Source: Dipteris shenzhenensis
Lineage: Eukaryota
Assembly (NCBI GenBank): GCA_047967505.1
Contig: CM106538.1
Direction: 5' to 3' (one strand)
Length of the DNA: 64,000 nucleotides
Under the pieces are notes generated by a model. It saw only the letters and a program-made list of their open reading frames with translations. It was not told the origin of the DNA and searched no databases. A program made the translations under genes and the position numbers. Below are positions 51,585 to 64,000 of this stretch, one piece after another (positions within the stretch are counted from its first letter, which is position 1; each line of letters starts with the position of its first letter).

Positions 51585-54500
51585 TGTTTCATATTGTAAT
51601 TGTTGTACAAAAGACCCTCCAAGTGTTCATACAAACTATACGAGAGTATATTGAATCAAATAGTGGAATACACCATATGCAAAATATAGAATAAAAAATC
51701 GGAATAGTCGGCTATTACAAATATATAATTAGATGCACAATACTATAATCATTCCATAATCATTCATAATATGGATCTCTCATCCAAACATACATCTCTC
51801 CCATCTATCACAGATACAAAAATACGATGCATTAGCAATTGTAATAGAACTTTGCAAAAATTTCCTAGAAAGTTTTTAGCTCCCAACTACCTTCTAGCCC
51901 CCTCAGATTGCCCTACCCATATGAATTCAAGCTCTGAGAGTACATATGGCTCCCTAAGTCACTTGTTCACCATCTACCACTCCTTTGGCCTTCTTTTTAG
52001 CACTCTATGTGTTAGTGCTATGCACAATATTAAACACATGATGTTGAGCTGCATCCTCAACACCTTCCTTCAAGATCAACATCATGAAGTAGGCATTTAC
52101 CTCAAAATGATGATTATGGGGAATTGAAGAAGGACTGAGCACACCCCTTTAATGGGGAATCGAAGAAGGACTGAGCATTGCATTCCATCACACCCCTTTA
52201 ATGGGAATGTCCTTCCTTTGCCGTCCAAACTAAGAGCTTGTTGGTTCTTCTGGAAAAGCTCTTTCCCAAGTGGTTTGCTAAAGATATCTACAACATTCTC
52301 TCTACTATCATAAATGTTGCAATTTGATGTCACCAAGTATGGATTCTTGGCTAATGCTTGAGCCTATTGATTATCATAGTGTATTGTTGTTGGCTTTGAC
52401 TCATCAAAGTAATCTATTTTTGACAATAGTATTCTAAGCCATATAGCCTCACATGCACTTGTTGTGAGTGCTCTATATTCTTCTTCTATTGAAGACAAAG
52501 AAATAGTTTCCTACTTGTTTGACAACCGAGATATAGCACCTTGATGCATATCCTTGTTTGGATATCCTGGATAGGCACTATCACAATATCCATGCAGCCT
52601 TGGATGATTTTCTATGTATTCTATTCAAACTGTCTTGTACCTCTGACGTATCTCAAGACTCTCTTAGCTTCATTCTAGTGAGATTGTTTTGAATTTGCTA
52701 TAAACTGTGCAAGTGAACTTTTTGCATAACAAATATCTGGCATCATGATCTTCAGATATACAAGAGATCCAATCAACTATAGATTGTACTTGTCATTAAT
52801 AGTAGGCTTTTCTAGATCTTTGGTAAGTTTCAAACTCTGTTCCATGGGAGTGGCTACAATCTTGCAATCTGCCATATGAAACTTCTTTAAGAGACTATAC
52901 ACATTGTTTTGTTGGCTCATGAAGGTGCTATCTGAGTCTCTCCAAAACTCAATACCAAGACAATAGTGCATAAATCCAAGGTATTTCATGTTAAACTCTA
53001 CAGATAATTCTTGTTTTAGCTTGCTGATGAAGCTCTCATTGCTTCCTGTTGTAATCAAATCATCTACGTAAAAAAGTGCAATAGTAATGTCTTCCCCTTG
53101 AACATTGTAGTAGAGATTATGATTTGCATTGGACTTCATGTATCCCAGTTTAGCAAAATATATATTGATTCTATATACCAACTTTTGGGTGCTTGCTTTA
53201 AGCCATAGAGACTTTTCTTGAATGGCAAACTTGATGCTCTTTCCTTGGTTCAACATACACTGCTGGTTGCTGCATGCAGACTTCCTCGTCTAGGTAACCA
53301 TTGAGAAAAGCATTTTTGACATCTAGCTAGTACACATTCCATCTATTGAGTGTTGCTACTGATATAAAAAATCTAATGGAATCCATCTTTGCTATCCTGA
53401 TCATATTGCTCTGCAAATCCTTTTGCAAATGGCTTTGTATCTTTCAATGCTTCCATCTTGATTGTACCTTACTTTGTAAACCCATTTGTTTGCAATGGCC
53501 TTCTTTCTTGGTGGAAAGTGTTTTTTTGGCAAGTCCATATGTTCCTCAATGCTAGAAGTTAAACATGCATATAACTTTAAAGCCACTAACACTAGTTTCA
53601 CATCATCCATGAGACAGTTTGTAGAGACAGTTTGTATGTTTAATTTCCAAGTCATTGTTTGTATCAAAGACAAACCCTGCTACAATCAAGTTCTCTCTTT
53701 CCACTAGAGTAATTGAGATCATCATTGCAATCTTCGACACAAGTGGGGTGTTTCCAAGGACTCCTTGCATGGATTAGTCTAGATTCCATGCATATGTAAA
53801 TGCTTAGCTTTTTTAACTCTATTCACTCTTGGAACAAAACCCATATTTCTTTGTTACTGCAAAAATATCCTTCCCTAATGATTTATTCTTACCTCCCACT
53901 AATCTTACCAATGTAACAAATTGACCACAAATTTGTATTTTGGTGCATTAAATTTTACTAGATGGTGCACAAAGACATGATAATCATCTAAAGTATGCCT
54001 TGCCATTTGATTTGATATCTAACATGACCCTGTTTGGACTTGTAAATCAAAAGATACAGGGATGTGAAAATGTCGTCTTTTGGGCCAAAACAAGGAGCGT
54101 GTTAACGCGCTCCTTGTTGTGGCCCAATGAACACGCTCCCTGTTTTGGCCCAAAAGAGGACATTTTCACATCCCTCTATTTTTGCAAGATGTCAACATTT
54201 GATTTTTTTGGCTCAAAAGATGAGTTTTTAACATCCCTACATCTCTTGATTATCAAATATAAATGGCATAATGTTACATATCAAATCAAATGACAAGGCA
54301 TGATTTAGATATCATGCCTTTTTGTACCATATAAAAAAATTGTGTGCATTAGAATATGAATTTTGTGACACATAACCACCCTTTTGAATACTTTGTACTT
54401 CAAGCAATTATTTTATACAAAACTTAGATTCTTGCTTTGCTTGCTTGATTTTCCAACCACTTCAACTAATTGTTGCTCACTTTTTTGGGCTCATTCGCTT

Positions 54501-55380
54501 TTCTCGCTGGCTGTATTGACTACCTCCTGCTCATGTGAATTGTCTTCAAATGCCGTTACTTCTGCAAAAATTCATGAATTCTGAAGATAGGTGTTCACCT
54601 CCACTATTTGATTACATGACTTTAATCTTTTTGTTGTTTGATCTCATGACTTTAATCTTTCTGCTTGTCTAGTTCTCTACTATGGATTTGAATTCTTGAA
54701 ATCTAAAATAGTCTTCAGAGTCCTCTTTGAGAAAATAGATGCAACAATATCTGCTATAGTCATCGATGAAAGTCAAGTAGTAAATTGAACCATTGATGCT
54801 GTGGGGCTGTGCATAACCCCATACATCTGTATGAATCAAATCAAGAATACCTCTTGCTCAAGAGGTGCTTCTACCAAAATTGGTTCTTTTATGTTTACCG
54901 AAGCAACATGCTTCACAAACTTTTCCTAGAAATTGTAGTTTTGGAATTCCTATTGCCATATTTTGATTTCTCAGTTGCATCAATATTTTGAAATTAACAT
55001 GTCCATATCTTATTGTGCTACACTATGAAAAGTGGCATCAGCTGAGCTAACATGGCATGCAAATTTGGTATTGAAGCTAGCATCCTAAACAAGCTTTTCC
55101 TACTAACTAATATGATCTAGATTTGTCTCTAATTGTGCATTCATCTCCATCAAAGATGACTCGATAGTTGTGTCCTGCTATGTGACCAATTGACAAAAGG
55201 TTCTTGTTGAGCTTTGGAGCATAGAGTCCATCTTTCACCAATCCTTTCATACAAGTGAAGTTGTTCATTGGGACAATGCATTTTCGTTGAACTAGATTTG
55301 ATGTATTATTTGCCATGTAGATAACATTTTTATGTCCTTTAATGGTTTCATATTTGTGAATGTTTACTCTTTCCTATGGC
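51585..55380 (-). mobile_element. Degenerate Ty1/copia (pol plus probable 3' LTR ~51585-52192)
   Basis: VDIFSKPLG (RNase H), LFYVDDLIT and KKAIANKWVYKVRYNQDGSIERYKA (RT), TFIDDYSRY (integrase), LYAPKLNKNLLSIG. PPT-like motif duplicated at ~52140 and ~52192. Confidence 0.85.
53925..54368. mobile_element. Foldback/MITE-like palindromic insertion
   Basis: Outer inverted arms ~53925-54025 / ~54270-54368 and inner arms 54058-54103 / 54130-54175. Non-coding and AT-rich; sits between copia RT and integrase. Confidence 0.75.
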
Positions 55381-55599
55381 TTTCATAGGAAGAGCAGGGT
55401 AATTTCAATATGCAGGGTTCTGAGGCTTTTTGTCACGTATAGATATATTGGGGTTGTCATTTGTAATATATGTGTAGCTTAGGATATCGAGTCATGTTCC
55501 ATTGAGAGACGTAGGCTTAAGTGTGGTAAGCAAACATAGTACATGCATGTGTAAAAGGAACGGGTATCATCATGGTTGAGATAATGAAGACTTTCGCCT

Positions 55600-55812
55600 T
55601 CATTAGGGGTTGCAAGGTTTAGGAGGAGTTTAAGGGTTAGAAGGAGGTTCCAAGGTTTAGAAGGAGTTCTAGGGTTAAAAAGAGTTCCAAGGTTTAGAAG
55701 GAGGTCCCAAGGGTAGAAGGAGTTCCAAGGTTTAGAAGGAGGTTCCAGGATTAGAAGGAGTTCCAAGGTTTAGAGAGAGGTTCCAGATTTTAGAAGAAAT
55801 TCCAAGCTTTAG
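55600..55812 (+). repeat. Degenerate ~19-bp tandem repeat (GGAGTTCCAAGGTTTAGAA)
   Basis: About 10 imperfect units. A related tract lies at ~32375-32490. Confidence 0.8.
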
Positions 55813-55944
55813 AGTAGAGTACATGGTGGAGAACTCGTCTCCCTCATAGATCATGGAGTTTAAGGGTTGAAGAACAAAGGGTTTAGGGGGAGCATAGGAG
55901 TGGGAGAGGAAGAAGGTGTAAGAGCATGGGGGAAAGAAGAGCTC

Positions 55945-57160
55945 ATATTTTCTCTTTGCACATTATGCAACTCCTGCTTGAGCTGCATTTTCCTGGCTTG
56001 CGTATTTGTGCTGTACATTTTTGCCAAAGTATCCCATGCCTCCTTTGGCATACTTGCATCCTGAATATGCACAATCATAGAATCCGAAATATTGATAGAC
56101 AGCCAGTACATAACTTTTCTGGCTCTCTCATGCCATCCTTTAAATGCCTGCATTTCCTATTGATTGGGAACATTAGGAAGAACTGGTTCTTCTTCATTTC
56201 CTGTAATGAACTCCCAATAGCCTTTTCCCATAAGGAAATTCATCATTCTAAACTTCCATGCTTGGAAGTTGTTCTTGTCAAGCTTTTCACTGACAATCTG
56301 TGAAAGAGAATCAGATGCCATTATAGAACATTGCAAAAAATTCTGTCACTGCAAAAGACATAGCTTCTGCCTCACACAGGCAAATCTGCAAAACTGACGA
56401 AAGTGGTATTTGACCACACAGTCACTTCCTAGTGACGATTTTGCATCAACAGGCAACAAGGATGATTCTGCAACTCCTAGTATCTCTGTGCATAGGCATA
56501 TGATGCAATTTCTGTCGCAACTTTTCACCGACCTGTAAAGCAATGGTCGCATAGCAAAAACCGGGCCTTTTTCTGAGTGCCTGCAAAGAACTTCCGCCTT
56601 CAAAACGGGACCCGCAGCATATACTGCCCTCTTGCCACACCACGAAGGGTGTCTCAATCTGAGACAGTGCACTCTTGCACTTTTGGTTGTCCTACCTATA
56701 GAGATTTGCTCCCAAACTCAAACAAGGAAAGCAACACTGGTCCTCTTACCAGGACACCGTGAACTTGGTTTGCTTTCTTGAGCTCCTTACCATGAACCAG
56801 GCTCTGATACCATGTGAAGATAGTGGGAGAGAGGGAAGGAGTCTCACTTGCGGCTTTCTCACATACACAATGTGGGAATACACACAAAGGTGGAGGCTGA
56901 AAATAGTTTTCCTCTTCTTAGTTGTGAAAGCCAAAATAACTCTAGTACAAAGAAATAGAAGAACCCTATATGTGGGTCTCAAACCAAACTTAGCTAACTA
57001 AGGTGGCATACTAACTGAGCCACGAAGTAGAGTAGATAAGGATAGCTGTCATCCAGCTATTATTCATGGGCGGTGTACCAACCGCATCTACAGCTAGTCG
57101 GTGACATAAATGCACAACGGTCACCCTGGCATATCATGAGTGGAGCTCGATATCTCAACA
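55945..57160 (-). mobile_element. Ty1/copia 5' end: LTR, PBS, gag
   Basis: LTR 56813-57160 (TG...CA). PBS at 56801-56812 (TGGTATCAGAGC on -). gag peptide KEAWDTLAKMYSTNTQARKMQLKQEL. Confidence 0.85.
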
Positions 57161-59050
57161 CTTATGCTATAGCTCGGAAGAGTGATGTGTTCCAGGTATT
57201 TTAGAAATGGCTGGCCTTGGTTGAGAATCAGTCAAGTAGAACACTTAAATACCTATGGATTGACGATACTGGAGAGTATCTCTCTCATGACTTTTAGCAT
57301 TTCTGTGATACACATGGGATTAAGAGGGAGCTCACATCCCCTCGTACTCCAGAGCAAAATCCAGCTACAGAAAAGATGAATCGTACCATTCAAGAAAGGT
57401 TGCAATGCATGCTTTCAAATGCAATTCTTTCTAGTGGTTTTTGGGCTAAGGCAATGAAGACTGCAGTGCATGTGATCAATAGATCACCTAGTAAGAGTTT
57501 GGATGGTGGTATTCCTGAAGAGGCATGGAGTGGCAAGAAGCCCTCTTACTCTCATTTGCATATATTTGGGTGTGAGGCATATGGACATGTGCCGAAAGAG
57601 CTTCGAAAGAAGCTAGATCCTAAGTCTAGGAAATGCATCTTTCTGGGTTATGGTGAAAGTGGAGAGATGGGCTATCATCTCTGGGATCCAAAAGCAAAGA
57701 AGATCATACGCAGCCATGATGTAGTCTTCAATGAGAAGAAGATGCATAAGGCACCCATGAGGGATGTTGAAATGAGGAGAATCACTTTCCAGGATGTGAA
57801 TCCGCCTGCATATGTTGATAGACAGCAAGCTGTCCATGCACCAAATGTGCAAGAAATGGTACCACCAAGTACTCCCACAAGTATGCCATCAAGGGTAGAT
57901 GATGGATCATCTATTGGTGAAAATGATGAGCCAAATGTGGCTGATATGCAGGTGGGACAGCAAGCTGAAATGCCCTTGATAAGATCATCTAGAGTGTCTA
58001 GACCGCCTGATAGGTTTGTTCTAGAGGTAGACTATGTGATGCTTACTGATTGCGGGGAGCCTTCTTACTACAGAGAGGCTATGATGCAGGAAGATCAACA
58101 CAAGTGGGAGTATGCTATGTAATCAGAGATGAGTTCACTTATGAAGAATAAGACGGGACTTGGTTTCTTTGCCACATGGAAAGAAAGCATTGCCATGTAA
58201 ATGGGTCTATAAGATGAAGGTCACAGGTGATGATGTGCCTAGGTACAAGGCCCATTTGGTTGCTAAAGGTTTCAAGCAAGAGAAGGGTGTGGACTTTGAT
58301 GAGATATTCTCTCCGGTTGTGAAGATGACCACACTTAGATGCATGCTTGGACTAGTGGTAGCAGAGGATATGGAGCTTATGCAGATGGATGTCAAGACAA
58401 CTTTCTTGCATGGGGATTTGAATCGCATCGGGAAATTTACATGGTGCAGTCAGAAGGCTTTGAAGAAAAGGGCAAAGAACATTTAGTTTGCAAGCTAGAG
58501 TCTCTATGGTCTTAAGCAAGCACCTAGAGAATGGTATTAGAAGTTTGATGCTTTCATTCGTCCCAGGGTTCTAGAAGGAGTGAAATTGATCACTGCCTCT
58601 ACACTAAAAGGGCTAAGGATAATAGCCTGTAATCTTGGCACTATATGTGGATGATATGATATTGGCTAGCAAGAATACTTATGAGCTAGATGCATTAAAG
58701 GCCAAGTTGCATGAGGCCTTTGATATGAAGGATTTGGGGCTTGCAGGTCATATTCTTGGTATGCACATCACGTGTGATCGGAGTAGGAGACTCCTTTGGC
58801 TTTCACAGAAGGAGTATGTTACAAAAGTATTACAGCATTTCAATATGGAGGGGGGGAAGGCAGTGAGTACTCCATTGCCTCCATATGTGAAATTGAGTCA
58901 TAAAGATAGTCCCAAATCAGATGAGGAAAGGGCCATGATGGACAAGGTTCCTTATGCATCAGCAGTTGGGAGTCTTATGTATGATAAGAGAAAGTGGGAG
59001 AAGGCCATGCATTCAGAAATGGATTCTCTTATCAAAAATAAAACATGGCA
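57161..59050 (+). mobile_element. Ty1/copia pol fragment (integrase to RT)
   Basis: MNRTIQER...FWAKAMKTAVHVINRSPS, KLDPKSRKCIFLGY, KKALPCKWVYK, QMDVKTTFLHGDL, LYVDDMIL. Confidence 0.92.
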
Positions 59051-59069
59051 CCAAAACTTGTGTGGCTCT

Positions 59070-62000
59070 CTGTTTCTCTCTCTCCCGTTTCCGTTCTTGC
59101 TTTCATTGAGAGCACTCTCATCATGTTCCATGCATATACAATGTGCAAGTAAAGCAATTTATCAATGAGCTGCATCTCTGCATGTAACATATAGAAATGC
59201 ACTCTTTGTAATGGAATGTTTAAAATTGGATCCCAATTTTTATCGTTCTGATCTCTGTTGGGTGCAGCATCCTGATTGTAGCTCATTACTCCATTGCTCC
59301 AATACATTTGTTTGTTAGCATCATCATTTGTGATGTCATTCATTACATCTTTAACATTCTCAAAGTCTTTTCCTCTTTTTACTTACTCTTTCCCTCTATG
59401 TATTCCTATGTTACTACCTTAAGTTTGGTGTGAGTGCATAAAATAAAGACATGGATATGTCACATTTGCACTCAATTCTGTTCCAAACATACACTTCAAT
59501 GTCTTGAGCTCTCCTGCCATGTGCCATTCAACTTTAAATGATCCGAACCCTTCAACTGGAAGCAACTCTCCTTTCATTTGCACATCTATGACACTTGGAA
59601 TTGGAGATCTATTAAATACCAATTTCAAGAATGAGTGTGTCTCCTTAGGAAGTTCAAACATGGCAAGCTACCAAATGTGCTTTTCTGATTGCACACTAAA
59701 ATCTTCCCTAATTTCCTTATCTTTGGCATGTCCGAGGGCTTTATTCATTAAAGTAATATAACCCTCTCCAACTTGTGGCCTTTTACAACTTCACACTCAT
59801 CCACAATTTGATAACGAGTTGACAAAACATGAGTGACTCAGGATCTATGGAGCACTCTAAGGTGGATGGAACCTATGTGGAAACATGATGAAGAGAGTGC
59901 TCATGACATGTGCCTCAAATCAATTAGGTTCCAAGATAGATTAGCTTGGATTCATAAAGAGAATCTTGAGATAGTGCAAAGTGCTTGATTGATATTACTT
60001 CAAATGAACCTCCCTTTTATAGGTGAGTGTACTTACATCCATTTGCTTGCTCACATGTGGGATATCTCCTCCATGCCATGTGGCAGCTTGTCCTTTGCTC
60101 ATGCCTTTGCTCTACATGTGCTCATGGCACCATAATTCTCAACACCTCCCCTTGGTGCCATAATCCTTTGGCTACTACAAGGTGGTCAGATGTGAGTTAC
60201 AAATCCATCACCTCCCCTTAGTGCATGCATTGCTACTTAAGGTGGTCAAGTGTGGTTTTTACATGTCAATACCTCCCCTGGGTGCTTTCATAGCTACTCT
60301 CAGGTGGTTAGGCTTCATTTACAAAACATAGGCAAGGTTGGCAAGGGTTTTCATTTCTCAATACATGTTTTTCCTATCATTCTGCTCATGGCTTGATGAT
60401 GACCTTGTTGTCTTCTTCGCTTGATGCATGATGCTTTGTTCTTCCATGTGCCTTAATGCTTTATGTGTGGATGCCATGTTTTGGGCTATGGTCATCTCGT
60501 ACACTTGTGCTTTCGGCTTGCTTTTTACATCGATGTTTGCATTCATGGTTTGCTTTTCCAATTATTACAAAGGTCTTACCAATTGATTTCTTTCAATATT
60601 GGCAGTGTCTAATTGCATACAATGATTTTGATCTGACAGGCGCGTAGAGCTCAAAAAGACGATCACTTTTCCTTTTTGGAGCATGTCCAAATTCTTCCTG
60701 GATTGCAAGTTATGGCTTGTTGAAGCTTTTGTGAAGAAGAGGGGCCTTTGATGATGTGGCATAGGGATTCACATGCTGTGCTTAACAAGAGGCTGTGTGC
60801 TTTGAAGGCACTGCTGACTGTGCATGCTAATGTGGCTTAACTAGCCCTAACTTTAACCATGGTTACCCATTTGACCAAGGGTGAGCTAACCCTAGTGTGA
60901 CCACAAACTCAACCAAGGATATTTCTGACTAACCCTGGTTAGTTATTATCTGCCACGTGTCTTAAGGTTACACCTTAGACAAACTTTGAGGCTGCAGAGA
61001 ATTTGCAGTGACGACGGCGACGAAGAAGCTCAGGAGCTGCGAGCTGCGAAATGGCGTGGGAGTCGCAACTCTTTCCAAGAGCGAAGCTCGTTCCCTGAGC
61101 TTCATTTCTGCGAGTTCAGCGGCTGCTCTAGGTATTGTAAAATGGGAAGATCGGGATGAAGCTACGGCTTTCTGATGAAGTCCGTGCTCCTACATCTCCT
61201 CGTCTTTCTCTGCCGTCCCCCTTCTCCTCTACTATCGCTGGCCTGTCTGCTCGCTACTGCTTTTGTTGAAGGCTGTGTATTTGTACTACTTGTAGTTTGT
61301 CAGCACTAGGCAGACGCTATTGTGAGAAGCTGTGGGAGCTTGGAGGAGATAGGGCACTAGAGTAGTAGTCGTTGCTGTGTGCAAGGCGGTGGCGTTTACT
61401 TATTGCCAGTGGAGTAGCCCGTGGGCTAGTCATAGAAGTCAGTTGCCTTGCTTGCTAGGCGTCGAATGGAGAGCTGAGAGTCAGTTGGCCATTGTAGATC
61501 TACTGCAGATGAGTCACAGGGCCGCACAAGCTTGTACAAGGCTTTTGTTGCAGTAGGTTCTAAGCCCGTTGCAGAGGATTGTTGTAGAGAGTCGCTTGCT
61601 TGTTGTGTGTCTTGCTTGTGTCGCCTTTTCTTCTGGGTTGGTGCTTGATGCACACGAGCACTAGTTGGTCAAACATGGAATGGAACCAAGGATCTCTCTC
61701 ACAATCTAGAAAGTGTCAATATCTCTCACAAAGGAAAGAGTATATGAATGGAAATATTCTAAAGAAACCTATGGAATGGAAATTTTTCTCACAAAGAACA
61801 CTCAAGAACAACTCTCTAACCTAGGAGAAAAACATGAGCTTCTAAGGTATGCCTACAACTAATCTAGGAATGGAAGCAATCCTAGTGAACTACTAATGAG
61901 CTAAACTAGGAGAGCTTAACCTACGCTCTGATACCATGACAAAACATGAGTGACTCAGGATCTATGGAGCACTCTAAGGTGGATGGAACCTATGTGGAAA

Positions 62001-63650
62001 CATGATGAAGAGAGTGCTCATGACATGTACCTCAAGTCAATTAGGTTCCAAGATAGATTAGCTTGGACTCATAAAGAGAATCTTGAGATAGTGCAAAGTG
62101 CTTGATTGATATTACTTCAAATGAACCTCCCTTTTATAGGTGAGTGTACTTACATCCATTTGCTTGCTCACATGTGGGATATCTCCTCCATGCCATGTGG
62201 CAGCTTGTCCTTTGCTCATACCTTTACTCTACATGTGGTCATGGCACCACAATTCTCAACACGAGTACTAACTTTCCTTTACAATCTGAAAGATTAAAGA
62301 TTTACATGATTAGAAAAGCTCTCTAAACAGTATAATTTTAACATATCCCATGCTTTCATGTTGTAAAACTCCACCATTGCAGCTTGGACCCTATGTACAT
62401 CCAAAAAAACATTATTATGCTATGTGTACTCAAAGATTCTTAGTCCTTGCTTTGCCCCTTTGGTAGTTGGTCCTCCTTTTTTTTTGCTATGTTGGACATT
62501 TTTCTTGTTTGTGCCTTCCAACGTCATGCTTTTTGAGATGTGTATAAATCCACACAACAAATCTTAAATAGCTTTCTTTCCTTGCATTTCTAATGTATAT
62601 TGGTCTCGGGAATAGAGGGTTCTTAATGGCTTGACCTTGAAGTGCATTTACAAAGACATTATACATAGCTAAGTACCCTTGTCGACTAATGCCAGCAACA
62701 TCACATGCATGGACAACTTCCGATGGATCTACAAGATTCTTTAAATCACTTGAAACCTCTTGTAATATTGCATGTCGCAATGCATGCCGACGAGGGTCCC
62801 TAAGAATAGAAATGAATTCTTTCTTCTTAATTACACTCTTTATGGCACAAAGTTTGTCATAGGAATTTCTTCCAATAACCTCCTCCATAAAATTTCTATA
62901 GAAATCATGATAACATTAGAAAAATAAATGACTCATTTGTAAGTAATGCTTCATAATTACAAAATAGTCCAAATATATGTACATACCTTGTAGCTTTCAC
63001 CTTGCATTTCCTTGCTCCACCACCATATGCCAAGCTCTCCATTGATTGCATGGGCTTGATCCTATGCTTGTAACCTAGAGGGGCTCTTTTTATCCTTTCT
63101 AATCTCCTAGTCAAAGTAGCAAGCTCTTGTTGGATACACCAAGCCTTTTCCAACAGTTTGTTCTTCTCATCTATTAATCTTGTGATTGTCTCTTGTGACC
63201 TCTCTTTTGTAATTTCTGAGTCATCAAGTTTTTTTAATCCTTAGGTTAGTTCTTCTTGGAGGTTATGCATGGTATCTCTAAGTATCTTTGTCTCTCCTTC
63301 CATTCTCAACAAGTGAACCTTTGCAAAGTGTGCTTCAGCATTGGAATGGCCGATGCGTTTACAATATTCTAGTAAGCCTTGAAGACCATCGCCTACGTAT
63401 TGAATCAAACTCGTCACATTTCAAACAAAGGTGGAGCACCTATCAAAGGATCCACTGGATAGAGTCCACCAACACTCCATAAGTCGACATGCTTTGTTCC
63501 TTGTTATCATAAATGATCTAGTGTATCTTTGCCGGCAACATTGTGGCCATAACATTGACGAGTTTTGGCATACTCTGGTGCAACTTCGATGTGCAAGGTG
63601 CTTTTTCGTGGCTTGTTGGTGCGATCTTCCAATGGAGCCATGGGAGAGGG
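59070..63650 (-). pseudogene. Decayed, intron-containing DDE transposase resembling RAG1/Transib (CMC-Transib group); split by an LTR insertion, 3' truncated
   Basis: Motifs in order: LVLVIKL(D), SVQSEKHIW.LAMFELPKETH, FKVEWHMAGELKTLKCMFG...NVTYPCLYF, PILNIPLQRVH..LHAEMQLIDKLL. Confidence 0.6.
59820..62261 (-). mobile_element. Non-autonomous LTR retroelement (TRIM/LARD-like), 2442 bp
   Basis: 325-bp LTRs at 59820-60144 and 61937-62261. TSD CGAGT on both sides, tRNA-iMet PBS 61925-61936, PPT 60145-60153. No recognisable gag or pol inside. Confidence 0.93.
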
Positions 63651-64000
63651 ATTTAGAAATAAGGCCTTAGATCAGTTCAAAGAATAGAATAGCATCAATG
63701 GAAACAAGTTTGGGACAATGGAAAGATATAATAGGATCAATGGAAGCAAGTTTGGGACAAAATGATGAGAAGAAATTGGATTTGGGTGTTGCAAAGTGCT
63801 TACGATAGAAGGAGTATAAATGTGGGATTGGAAGATGAATATACTGAGAAAGAGTAGGATTTAGATGTTGAAAAGTGATTTGAGTGCATAGGCATGGTTT
63901 GGGGGAAAGTTTTGAAGAGTTTTGGGCCATTTTGGGCACTTTTGAAAATTTTCAAATTTTTGGGCTAAAGTGTACCCACGAGATACTTTTTGGGAATGTG

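Noticed and set aside
51585-57160. Single full-length copia element
   Set aside because: The putative 3' LTR (~51585-52192) and the 5' LTR (56813-57160) do not match, so these are treated as separate fragments.
63990-64000. Window-terminal GTG as the CAC start of a Transib-type TIR
   Set aside because: Three bases at an arbitrary window edge, with no partner end visible.

Overview
Eukaryotic, transposon-rich nuclear DNA from a land plant. The Arabidopsis-type telomere motif, copia/gypsy/LINE content and multi-kb TE-filled introns suggest a large-genome plant such as a fern, but that is inference only. Two intact host genes were reconstructed by hand: a 10-exon SEC63/ERdj2 J-domain gene (136-13343, +, 687 aa, one GC-AG intron) and a 2-exon OPI10/Hikeshi-like gene (40046-40848, -, 188 aa). 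Most of the rest is nested retroelement debris, including an RT-deleted chromovirus and a non-coding LTR element, each with both LTRs and a 5-bp TSD. Two DNA-transposon relics stand out. (1) A ~7.3-kb element (~16445-23780) encodes a degenerate ~1235-codon DDD-type (Sola-like/DUF7869-like) transposase with an N-terminal Tnp1/En/Spm-like domain. It has an 80-bp hairpin beside a (TA)n tract at one end. Upstream of the gene lie a telomeric array, an oppositely oriented G-rich array and GA-embedded palindromes. (2) A spliced, decayed transposase (~59070-63650, -) has a motif order resembling RAG1/Transib. All family assignments come from motif recognition by eye; no database search was run.
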